A DNA stretch of 64,000 nt. Origin: Catajapyx aquilonaris (taxonomy: Eukaryota). A program made the position numbers and the translations under genes. Positions within the stretch are counted from its first letter, which is position 1. Each line of letters begins with the position of its first letter. This document shows, in pieces, positions 53,201 through 64,000 of the stretch. Below the pieces are notes generated by a model. It ran no database searches, had not been told where the DNA came from, and saw only the letters and a list, made by a program, of their open reading frames with translations. The stretch covers positions 1-64,000 of the forward strand of contig JYFJ02001210.1 of the NCBI GenBank assembly GCA_000934665.2, given 5' to 3'.

Positions 53201-56200
53201 GGTTTTCCCAGGCTACTTTTCAGATTGGACTTTTTTTTTGTATGTAACTCACTCCGCCCTCCTCGGAAACTATCGACGCCACGCATCGAACGTTAATTCC
53301 GCGTAAAAACGAGCATATGCATAATTATGTAATTACTTCTGAGCGACTGCAACGATAGGATTCGCATGACAGTAATGATGATGGGTAATGTCGCCACGGA
53401 ATAAAGGACAGGTATGGCGGTGTTTACAGTTAGCAAATTGGTTGGATCCTTCAGATTTTGTAAGTTGAATCTGATTCTAAACAAAATAATATTAAATGCA
53501 TACGATTCCGCCCTTCTGTGACTTCAGGTCAGCTATTAAACATGATGAATATTTATGGTACTTTGCATTGGAATAGTTAAAAATATTTTGCATTTGAATA
53601 TAAAATAATGTTTCACCCACTGCCCTGTACGAATGGTAGGAAGTTCAGCAAGTAACAACACAAATTGAAAGAAAATTTCCGGATATGACACAATCAGATG
53701 TTTTTTCCCTTACTCTGATGTAATTAGTACTGAGCAAGGTAAACACAGAGTATAGCATTATTTTGATACGGACTGGTTTGGCAATTAATGTGCTGTTTAG
53801 AAATAATTGCCCTTCGTTTTACTGTAGTATAGTGGGAAGTGTATCATGAACCGCACTGTATTAACTTCGTTAGGTCTCATTTCGGGGCTGCAATATCTGG
53901 TCAGACAGAGTGCTCAATACCCATCCAATATTGCAGTCTGCTCAAGTTGAGCGCGCATTTAGCTCGGGCATGATCGGAGCTGCATCCAATTAATCCGGGG
54001 GAGTAAAGTGATGGGAATAGGGGGGAATAAGGGGGAGCGGAGGGGAGAGAGGGAGAAAAGTAAGTAAAGGTAATTGCGGAGCATGTTGTCTGAAGGAAAC
54101 CTTCCACCACCATCACTGTACTTTGCTTGGGTTGGAAGCTAAGCGCAGTCGACAAAGATCCTCTTACACAGCAGCCATCTTCTCCTGCCTTGCTCCGGAT
54201 CTCTGATCTTGCTTACAAAGCTGTCCTAAATGCTGGGCTTGTGCCTGTCGTCTCCCTGATGCTGCTGCTGCCTTGCGTCTTCTGTCAACCGCCCGGGGCA
54301 CATTATTTTACTGTACTTTCTCCCCTCAACTGTATACTTGCAAGATAACTGGCTGCTGGGAACGTGAACTTTAATGCCTGCTCCAGCGCTAAGGCTCATG
54401 TATGGAGCACCCGCAAATCCCTTCTCGTCCAGGGCATTTGAAGTGGTATATACATAAAGCAGGGTGCATGGAGAAGGAGGCTTAAAGGAAGGCTTCAAAA
54501 GGAAAAGTTGGTCGTCTTGCTTCACTAGAAAAGTTCAAGGAGGGAAAAAACCTTCTCCGATAAGAGAGCCCTGCCATTAATTCTGGTATAGCCAGTAGTT
54601 GTGATTGGAGGTCAAGTTCCTCTGGAGAAGCAGCAAGTCCCACTTTGTTGTATCCCTCGTGCGGTGCTCATTATCATGATGCGAGATCGATTGGGTCGAT
54701 TGACCGTTCCCCTCTGCTCGCTGCCTCGTTTTCTGGCCTAAGGTATGGTATAAGAGAGAGCCTTTCCCGAAACTGACTCACCCATGACGGCAAAAATACT
54801 CGATATAATATATACACTCCGGAGGGAGCGCTGAGAGAGACGAGCGAAGGAAAATAAATGGGGGGGGGGGGAGGGATGGAAGCTGGATCAACTCTATTCA
54901 ACTCGGTTAGTCAAGTAGAGAGCAACGCAGTACCTAATTATAACAAGCCCTTCAGGCACACGGGCAAAAATCTACGTGTATAAAAGCCCGGTTTTTTTAA
55001 AGCGGAAAAAGTGTTGCCGCGTGTGCTCATCACGTGTTCAAAAATGCGATGTTAAGGGGGAGGTTTCCACCAGTACATTTTTTGCTTAGAGCCAAATGTA
55101 AGCCAGGACAATTTTTGCCAGGGGGGATTTTATGTAGGACAGATTTTGACGTGTTCCAACTGAAGGCAGGGAATGTCCTGAAAATTTCTGGTATACTTGG
55201 CAGGCATACGATGTATTTTCTCCACTCGCCAATTAATTACATCTGACTCAATTGCACACCATAAATTGAGTGTATCAACACATACGCCACATATATTTTG
55301 TAGATATTGCTTCATAAACCAAATTAGAAACCACTAGGAGATTCCAAGTTACTGTACTTTCTAAATATCATTGCGAGTTATGTTCTGCTCAATGTCAATT
55401 TCAGTGATGCTCTTAGCCACATCCTACACTTCAACTAGGATTCTTTCCTTTGTAGCGAACCGAAGGTACTCACTCAATATGTCCTTAAATCAACAATTAT
55501 TATGTAGATCTGACCGTGAGCAAAACGGGCGTAAAAATTCCCAAGTGGCACAATATTATGGATGTTGAAAGATAAGTTGCACTAAAAATATACTTATGCC
55601 ACGTTCAGTGACCTCAGAAAGGCATTTATTTCTCGTCGAGCACAATATTTTCCGCCTTTGAACTGTACTTTAGGTCGGTAAAATCCAGGCTTTAATTGCA
55701 GGATTTTAAAGCTTTGGGTTGTCATCTCTGAACAGATGCTTCTGCCTATATTTCAGCAGTCCTAAACTCGTAAAACAGCCCCAGTGAATACCTATGCATC
55801 GAGCATTTGCGCCTCTCCATACCATTACGCACTTGACAACAATTCCCCCCCGTTGACTTTCACTCACACATTGTCGTCATGCAAATGAGACACAATTTGT
55901 TCCATGCAGCCTATGCAAACCCATTCTATCACACGCATTCCAACCGAATACTCCGCGAATATTGACTGTGCTGCGCAATCTCACCATATTTTTTTTCCGT
56001 CCGCAGCTCTCATGAGCTACCATTGTTCCCATTGTGATGGTCTCAGGGAGGAGGATGGAGCGGGGGAAGTAGAGAGCAAAAAAATTATCCTCATCAAAAG
56101 GAAGGGAAAGGAGAGGGGGGGCGTTGAAGGGAGACTGTATCCGGAGGGGCTAATTTAATGGGAATAATTGGGAAGGGGTTGAGAGAGAAAGGCTGAAGCC

Positions 56201-59200
56201 TAGGTGTCAGTTGGCAATGGCAACCGGAACGCGATATCCAAGAGATGACACGAGAGAGAGAATCTCAGAAACTCATCCCTGAGCCACTGTTTACGAGCCT
56301 TGAATAGGCCCAAAATCAGAAGGGCGCAAGTGATATTCGCATCACGTCGAGGTAATGAGCCCTGAAGCTGCGACCTTTCCATCAAAGCTCAGCACCTGCT
56401 TTAAACCATTAGCAGTATGAATTGTGGCCCATGCATACGGAACCAAAGTCAACTGGGCCTGGTCCGGACCCGGTCTGCAGCTAAAGATGAAGTGCAAATG
56501 AACCAATTTTTAAATCTCTCCCAATTACAGCGTGCCCTTCAAAAATGTAACTAATATTATTCTGGCCCACGTATGATCAGCCCACGACCTTGTTCAAATG
56601 TCAAGGTGGGTCTGGAATGGGGCTCAATTAACGGTGAAGCGCGATTAGTGACGTGCTGGGTGGGTTTCGAAATGTCTGCGGTGTTTGAAATTGGAAGCAG
56701 ACAGAAATGGCAGGTGTGGGTTGCAGTCGTTGCACTAACAAAGCTGAAAGCTACCGGAGGGATTTATTTTGGACAGAAATCTAATCAGGCTGTTATACGG
56801 TTTCAATTTTGCAAATAGAAAGTGGAAGGAAAAGACGGAAGCGTGGGATGCTTTGCTCTCCCGTGTCAAATCTGGCTTCATTCTTCGTCTGAACCTCAGC
56901 CAGACAATACATTCCTGGCCTCCATTACTTGCATTATTGCTTACCAAACATTGCAGCGTGGGTGTTGGACATGTTCATCACGCCAACCTGAAAGCAGAGG
57001 TTGGCAAGCAATAATGGCATTGCCCATTCCAACCGTGGCCGTCACCATGCTGTTTCGAACGGACATTAATTTGGCATTAACTCCTGCACTACGGAATAAT
57101 GAAACAAGAGAACGTGGGAAGTCTACTGACGCTATTTTTGGTGCCTGCCAATGTACTCTTTGCTACGAGAATGAACCAAGACACTGCCCATATGCTGCGC
57201 GATAAATAATGGGCATTAATCAGTGATTTTCCACTGAGATTGACCCAGTGAGGGGGCGTAACGAGATTTCGACCTGATGAAACTAAGTCTGCCGATCACA
57301 CTAGTAGGGGGCTGGGCCGCGTAGTTAGCGAGATAAAAGACCCAATTTTGCAAACCAGTGTCCTGCAAAAGGGCCAATCCTCCCTGCACACGCCTCTCCC
57401 CCGCCCTTAGAAGCGATCCCCTAGTTTCCACCAGACAGGAAAAATATGAAACGAGTTTTCAACCCTCCCTAGTCCTAAATCGCTCTCTTCAGCCTCTTCC
57501 TATATATATTTTTTTTAGGGTGGGCCTCGTGTGTGGGGGCAGCCCCACGGGCTTTGTCACCGAATTTCTTGCATAATCCCCTCTTTTGATGTCGTCTCTT
57601 CAAAAGCTTTCCCCCATCCTCCACAGTACACATTCATACTGTAGTAAGCAGGAGGACCTTTGTAGTCTATTACAAATGTGATGGTCCAGTGCCTTAGAGA
57701 TTTTATTATCTTGCTCTGCCCTCCCTCCCTCCCACCATCATCTCTCTCCCTCGACTGTGCAACCCCCCATCCCTCCCTCCCTCCCTCCCATCTCGAGCAG
57801 AAAGGGAGAATTAGCCGGATTTGTATGCTGGGCGCCTAGCGACAGACGAGCGAGACGAGACTTTAGGGGAGTGGGATCCGATAATGTGTCCCTCTTCCTC
57901 GACTCGGGGCTGCACGGGATAAACGATGCGCCGTTTCCGATTGGTAAGACCAAACTGCTCCTGCGCCTCGTCCCCCCNCCCCCTCCACCCCTGTTGCTAC
58001 TTCACCCTGAAAGCTCAGATGCTGCTTATGTACACAAACTGCCCACTGCGCTCCAGGAAATCACTCCATTAATAAGTTTTTTCTAGCTCTTTAGAACGAT
58101 TGTCGTAAAAAAGAACTTCTGCATAATAACTCCGGGCAGAAGGTGGTGAAAACGGCATAATGTTTCAGGCAAGGTCGCCAAGGGTGTATTATAACTAACT
58201 ACCAAGTTTGAAGACTATAGGAAACTTGCATTTGGCGAAAGCCCCTTGTTAGCAGCCATAAACGCGAATTATGAAATATCCTGGCAGGTATGCGTCCCTC
58301 CGAGCGACCTAGTCTTTTTTCATCTAAAATGCAATAGTATCGGCCCAATTTTAATATGAATAGCCACCGAGGTCGCGGAAGGTCATGAATGACATGGTAC
58401 AATGAGATCTACGATTAATGCTAATTTTCTCATACTAAATGAAACCTCAATTTGCTGGAATTATTATGAAACACCTTGTGTGTCACTTGAGTCAAGTCTC
58501 GCCGCTGACGTCAACGGGTGTGTTTGTACCGCGGTGTCACGGTCGATTAGAGGTCATGCAAACCCGAATTAGTCGCTAGCAAACATTGGCAACTGTACAT
58601 TTTTGGAGCACGGGTATTGACAGTGCTGTGCAGAGTTTAGGCCTCTTGACACAGGTTTCTCTAACCGGTACAGCCAATCAGTAAGGCTCCTTTCGGCTCA
58701 CAGTGAGCAGCCAGACGCCACAAATTGGGGCTTCATTATCAGGAATAAGCCTTATCCGATTCTCCTTCTCATCTCTAGGAAACAGCTCCAAGCATGAACC
58801 GCAATCATGAAGCATCCATTAGTGAAGTTGCCAATAGACCCTATTCTGCAAACATATAGAAAGATTTTTTAAAAAAATCACATTGGATGCTGAAGGATGC
58901 TGAAGTGGGATGACTTACATTCTCACATCAGACAAGGCAGACAACTTTGATTATTCAATAGAATTTAAAATCCAGGGACAGTTACTGTATATCATAATGT
59001 TCCCATAATTCCCGAGTGTCTGTTACAATATGAAACTCAAAAATATGCAAAATCGCAACATTAAACCTCGGATTTGCGAAATTACAGAATCGCCTGTAAA
59101 AAGCTAGGATTCGTCTCTTCACTTACAATACGATTAGGATCTAACAGCTCAACCTCCACTAAAAATGTTATCCCTTCAAGGTGAAAACCATCACTAGAGT

Positions 59201-62200
59201 GTGAGTATTTTTTCGTGCTTCTCATAATTTTTCCCTAGCGTCACTGAAACATTCCGTACTGAAGTGCATTTTATCCTTCCACACTGTGTAGAAGCCGATT
59301 CTGTAGAAAAACTGGCAATTCCGCGAATCGCATCGAAAACCCTGCGCCAAAGTTTTGAATGTTTCATTTGGCAGATTTTAACGGTTTGAACTCTTAGTTC
59401 TGAGCAAGCCCCTATAATACAATTAGCGAGCACGAAAAAAAAAACCCCCGGCCAGTACTCCAGTGTACTGTAATAACGTCGTCAACTGGGTGCACCTTGT
59501 TAAGTGCGTCAAATTCCGCGTAATTTATTGAAACTTTAATGAGACCTCTCCCGGCTCAAAACCCGGCTTAACAAAATTTGGATTATGAGTCATAAAGCTT
59601 TACAAGTGGAATAAATTCGGGTCTGTACTGTAGATGGAAGGGGGGGAAAAGCCCTGCGGGACAATGCCGAACGAGGCCTGTTGCTGTACGGCGTCGATTC
59701 ATCGCCACAAAATTCGCCCAGGCGTCGAGTCATCGCCGCGCCGATTTATTGCGTTGCGTACGTCACAACAACCAGTTAATCGCGAGCGTTACCGCCTCTA
59801 TTGGCCTCGTATTTCCCGAATTTTCCCCCTTTATTGGCTGTTTTTTTCCCGAGGAGACAGCAAACTATGACATTCTTATATAGTGTCGCGTGTTTAACAA
59901 AGGTTGGAGACAAGTACAAGGAAATAATATTGAACCAACATTTTTCAATGGACATTGAGCAGATATACTTGCTGCACATGACAATTTCCTGTTCAGAGAA
60001 TTTTCCAGCAATCATTGCACTGCTAGCTGATACAGTCCCTGATGATTTTTTTCCCCTAATTACTCATCAGGACTAACGCAAATATTGAATTGCTACAATC
60101 GAGTTGAGAGCCAGATCAATATTGTTGGACTATAGTGCAAATTGTTAGCATTCTCCTCCCCTCGCCCTTCTCTGGAACCAACCTGGCCTTCTCAACTTCA
60201 CCTGCTGGAAAGTCTGGAAAGAAAAGAGGGGTGGGGTGATCGCATGGGTGGGGTGGAAACAGATACAGAGCATGTCATTAGCGAGATTCCATCCCTGTTC
60301 CCCTGCGAGCTGAGCGAGCGAGAGAGTAAAGACTGCGAGGCTTTGGAAGCGCCCTTCTCAAACTTCATATAACTAGCGCCCCCCCCCCCTCACCTCCCTC
60401 TTCCTTGAAAATAAACCCCCTTGCAACTTGGATCTGGCTTTATTTTCTATTATCGCTCGGATCTAGCTCACGACGAAACGGAAGGGTGGGTGGGAGGGAG
60501 GAAGGGAACCTTTCCTTTCAACCCAACTTAATAGGGAGAATTAGATCCTGCGTTTGTGCCGTCGACGACGAATTTCCAACGCGTTAGCTCGGCTATTACC
60601 AAGTTTCACGGAGTTGGGACGGTTGCCAACAGCGCAGGAGAACTGCTCAAAAAAAAATGGAGGAGGGTGGGGGAGAGACTGTGGTGAACACTGCTTTTAA
60701 CTGCGATAACCAGGGAATTTATGAATAAATCGCTGCAGTAAAAGATGGCCGTAAAACCGAATTATGGAGTGTTTCTTGGTAAGCTTCTTCGTGTTTCGCG
60801 GCATAAATGTTTGCATCAACCATGTCAGCCAGGGTTCAGAACTGGCAATTTTTAACAACATTAGAGATATAAAAACATGAATGAATGTCTGTTTAATTTC
60901 AGGTGAATTTCGGCGACGCTTACATCCCCCCGAATCTGGACCCCCCGCGCCCGCGTGTGTTGCCCGAATTCAAGCGCTTCGCCCACGGACTCAGATCTGG
61001 AAACATAACCATCCTGGACTCCAAGACCATTTACATACCCAACCTGCACTACGACGGGGCCGGACCCGCCGCGTATTTTTGGGTCGGACGAGGACCCGAA
61101 CCCGGACCCGACGGGATTAAAGTTCCGGACGAGGAAGGAAGGTAAGGGTTTCCATATATCCACCCCTCTCATATTCATATAGGAGGATGGCAATTCATAC
61201 CACATCGATTTTTCATTAAAAGGTGCTGCGATATGGAAAACCTTGAATACGAAATGAAACGCGGGCGGAAGCAAACCATACATACTTTTTTTTCCACGTG
61301 ATGATCATACGTCAAAATGTACAGTCCGCCGTTGTGATCTCCTGCAATTCATTGTTTCGCGTTATCATCACTTCTCGTTCAGAAACTTGTAATCCTCGAG
61401 CCCTGCTGGAGGAACCGTTTCCTCTTTGAAGGAAAAACTCTTCCAGAAGTTGGGACTTGCGAGTATATAGGGTACTTGTCCGGTGGCTATTTTTCTGGTG
61501 TTAAATGAGGTGGCAACCCAGTTACTGTGAGAGGTTGGGGGGAGCTAGAAATTTTCGGGAGAAGCTGTGGAAGGGCCAGGGTGTGAGGGGGGGTTCACAC
61601 CATTATACCTGCAGAGCCTTGTTCGTCGGTATTCAGCGGCGGCTGCTGGCCCCGAAATGAAAGTGCAGTCACCGGAACTAAGTGCTCGGCGTCATATCCG
61701 GAGCTCCTGATCGCGATAAAAATGGGGACGGACGGCCCATTTTCCGGACGGGACACTGCACTTCTCAGATGAAGTGGGAGGCAGGCTAGGAGGGGGGGGG
61801 GAGAGGGGAGGAAGTCGAGAAATTTTGCTCTGGACTCTTCACATAGATATTTTTGTCATCTTTCTTGAAGGTGATGGGGGTATGGGCTGGATATTTTCGG
61901 GATGGAGCATCATAGCCCAACAGAATTTCGATCATCGCCTTCAAAAAAGAAAAAAAGACCCGGACATCACACACTATACCGGTTGAAGAGGTCTTCTTTA
62001 ATTGTTTAGCATCATTTGCTCATTGAATATTTCAAAAGCTGAACATCGCTTTCCGCCCAGTACAATGCTGCATTGGGAGCTCATCAATAATTAATGAGAC
62101 ATAAATATTTCAGCTAATTCTCGCTCTGCATAGGCTGCATGAAGCGTAATTAATTGGTATATAATTCACTTTCAGGGACAGCGCTTTAAAAGTATGTCAG

Positions 62201-63733
62201 AGAGCTCCTCGTTCCTAAATTTTGCATAATTTTATCGGAGTTTCTGATTGACCGACGTGTTCCATACGAAGCTGAATACACAATAGGACTCGACCCAATG
62301 CCTTTTGCTTCTTTTTTTTAAATATTTTATTTCAATGCAGCTTGGCTCCACTGAGCGCTTACGAAGGAGAAGACATCCAGATAGTCCTGCCTGGAGACAT
62401 GACAGTGCACGACATCGGCCACCTGTGCCTGTGGTGTGTGGACTACCGACAAAACTTCGGTCACGTAATCATACCTCCGAACCTCGACGTCCCTCCTGCA
62501 CTGGGACAGACCAAAATCACTGTGAGTGAAGAAGAGGACGATGATTAACTATTTCCATGTAGTGTCTTACATTTATGTTAGCAACAAACAAAAATGTCGT
62601 TCTAAACTTACAGTTTAGACATTTGATGCCAGTATAATCGAGCTACCTGTACTTTTTACAGGCACACTGCCTTTATTTTTCATGTACAAGTATTTGCCAT
62701 AACAATTATTGTTGACTGGTTGGGGTTATTTATTTGTGGTTATGCTGCCCAGCTAGTAATTGTAGTAGTTGCTACAATGCTTCGTTATTAATTTATCACT
62801 GTCCAAATGACTCCAATAAATATACGATATGCACAAGAGGTCATTGTCCCAACTTTCCAAGGGAGGATTTTAAAAACAGGGCAGGAATTATCCACAATAA
62901 TGTGACCCACAATAATGACGCCGTTAATGAAGAGATCACTTAATGTGGCACAAATTCGGAACCGATACCACAAAAATAATGAGCCCGAACGACCGACACA
63001 AAATTTAATTGGAGTAACTCGCTCGTTGTCACTGATTAATCCGCTTTGATTCGCGGTACTTAAATCATGAGTGGCCATTTAGAGAGCCATATTCAAGTTG
63101 ACTCCGTGGGAAACTATATGAGTACTTTACTGCAATTGGAACTATGCCATGAATCAGATCTTTTTCTACTCACAAAACAGTTCCCCCTATACGTATTATC
63201 CACCCCCATTTTTATATAAATTAACAAACATGCACCTTTAAAAAATCATGCACAAAATTTAACACACGTCCAGCTTAATTTCTGGCTTTCAAAACGCACC
63301 TTGATGGTTATGAATATTAAAATTGCACTTCAATTAGTGTAAAACTATTTTGTGGTTCATCCAGTCGATGCAATTGGAAGGACCCATTTTATGTAAACTG
63401 AATTAACTATCATTACACAGCCATTTCGTGCCAAATATTTGTGCAATATTAATGTAGAAGGCTAGATCTAGCTGCCAGGGTAAGCTGGACAAGCTCATTG
63501 CACCCTCATGCACAGTAAATGCAAGAACAGTGTACTGCACATCTCTATTCATAGGTGCAGTGCATTAACAGAAGCTGGACTTTTATCGACCCCCCAAAAA
63601 ATAATTTTCATACAAATTGTAACAACAGTTTGTTCGTTGTGAGCGGTCTTTCCCTCGACGCTCTAGGTTGACAAATCCTCTTTGTTTTGCATGTCTTACC
63701 TTGACATCTTAGCCTTCGTGGTGGTACAACCCT
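20486..63733 (+). CDS. Knickkopf/Skeletor-family DM13-domain protein ('protein Skeletor-like', probably Knk2 clade), 3'-partial. join(20486-20540, 42147-42287, 43083-43164, 47242-47353, 60903-61141, 62341-62521, 63713-63733, ...)
   Basis: Spliced product (277 aa so far): signal peptide MVGHTVYIWGLLALFTIPATHS, DM13-1 (YYGVYIGDL...AHNISGKLYAVD...YDGRGPDAYFWVG...LRDIKWLSIWCRRFTVNFG) and DM13-2 (AHGLRSGNITILDSKTIYIPNLHYDGAGPAAYFWVG...LWCVDYRQNFGHV). All introns are GT-AG with consistent phases (1,1,2,0,2,0). The DOMON domain typical of the family is expected downstream of the window. Confidence 0.9.
42147..42287 (+). CDS. Knk/Skeletor-like exon 2 (DM13-1 N-terminal part)
   Basis: ...acacag|CA ACT CAC ... 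GGG CCA G|gtaagt; encodes THSLKPYYGVYIGDLNSYAHNISGKLYAVDEYTLYLKDLYYDGRGP. Confidence 0.9.
43083..43164 (+). CDS. Knk/Skeletor-like exon 3
   Basis: tttgatttcag|AT GCA TAT TTC TGG ... GGA TC|gtaagt; encodes DAYFWVGKTNKPTPNGMIVPYPHHYQG, in a frame not shown in the ORF track. Confidence 0.92.
47242..47353 (+). CDS. Knk/Skeletor-like exon 4 (DM13-1 C-terminal part)
   Basis: ttcatttccag|G GAA CCA ... TTT ACG|gtaaga; encodes EPPVLGQFSGEGVILRLPNGIKLRDIKWLSIWCRRFT. Confidence 0.92.
48640..48787. mobile_element. Tc1/mariner superfamily (pogo/Tigger-like) MITE, 148 bp
   Basis: TA target-site duplication (48638-48639, 48788-48789). TIRs CAGTTGACTCCGGATATAACAG and reverse complement CAGTAGACTTCGGTTATAACAG (19/22). 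Internal repeats of GGCTATAACAG. Confidence 0.85.
50134..50202. repeat. (CT)34 microsatellite
   Basis: Uninterrupted CT dinucleotide run of ~69 bp. Confidence 0.95.
60903..61141 (+). CDS. Knk/Skeletor-like exon 5 (linker plus DM13-2 N-terminal part)
   Basis: tttaatttcag|GTG AAT TTC GGC ... GAA GGA AG|gtaagg; encodes VNFGDAYIPPNLDPPRPRVLPEFKRFAHGLRSGNITILDSKTIYIPNLHYDGAGPAAYFWVGRGPEPGPDGIKVPDEEG. Confidence 0.95.
62341..62521 (+). CDS. Knk/Skeletor-like exon 6 (DM13-2 C-terminal part)
   Basis: ttttatttcaatgcag|C TTG GCT ... ATC ACT|gtgagt; encodes LAPLSAYEGEDIQIVLPGDMTVHDIGHLCLWCVDYRQNFGHVIIPPNLDVPPALGQTKIT. Confidence 0.95.
63713..63733 (+). CDS. Knk/Skeletor-like 21-nt microexon (PSWWYNP), phase 0-0
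   Basis: Pyrimidine-rich tract ...tcttaccttgacatcttag|CCT TCG TGG TGG TAC AAC CCT|gtaagt; in frame after ...GQTKIT. Confidence 0.75.
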
Positions 63734-64000
63734 GTAAGTATTCACAGAAACTTGTGCTTGACGATTTTGACGCTGAAGATACGTCTCTTTTAGCCATTTT
63801 TGTTTGTCATGCATTACTTTTCACACGCACTGCCTTTTGGTTTTTGGGTGTTGGTAGCTAACCACAATATATATTTATACCGAGGGGGAAAATGGTGGAA
63901 AATTAAGATTGGTGCTGGCAACACGTTTGTTGGGCTATGTAGTCAGCTTTGTCAACAACGCTGTAGTTTGCATGGCGGGGTGATGGGTGATAATTAGCCC

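Noticed and set aside
57971..57990. Single N in a poly-C run
   Set aside because: Assembly ambiguity; no flanking duplication seen and no biological meaning.
3980..62000. Scattered Grainy head-like sites (ACCGGTT/ACTGGTT), attractive because knk-type cuticle genes are Grh targets
   Set aside because: The number noticed is about what chance predicts for a degenerate 7-mer in 64 kb; no clear cluster.
1..64000. CRISPR arrays, tRNA/rRNA genes, prokaryotic operons or autonomous transposase/reverse-transcriptase ORFs
   Set aside because: No regularly spaced repeats, cloverleaf or rRNA-like sequence, or long TE coding frames seen; the DNA is spliced eukaryotic sequence.

Overview
Eukaryotic, intron-containing animal DNA, most likely an insect (inferred from a Knickkopf/Skeletor cuticle-family gene and GT-AG introns). 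The window has two parts. Bases 1-4 kb hold a compact, CpG-depleted gene pair: the last coding exon of a BCCIP/Bcp1 homologue (+, stop at 1115) tail-to-tail with a 7-exon shootin-1-like coiled-coil/polyproline/WH2 gene (-, 3669->1167), with only 51 bp between the stop codons. The rest is dominated by one large + strand gene for a secreted Knickkopf/Skeletor-family DM13 protein, which I assembled by hand from 7 exons (20486-63733, continuing beyond the window). It includes a signal-peptide exon 21.6 kb upstream of exon 2 and a 21-nt symmetric microexon (PSWWYNP) that the ORF track misses. Also present are two Tc1/mariner-type MITEs (one inside a shootin intron), a ~420-bp tandem duplication across an N that is probably an allelic assembly artefact, a cluster of three perfect CRE palindromes, and microsatellites. 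Nearly all other ORFs in the track look like non-coding noise. Gene identities come from my recollection of family sequences, not from a database search. No prokaryotic system, CRISPR array or RNA gene was found.
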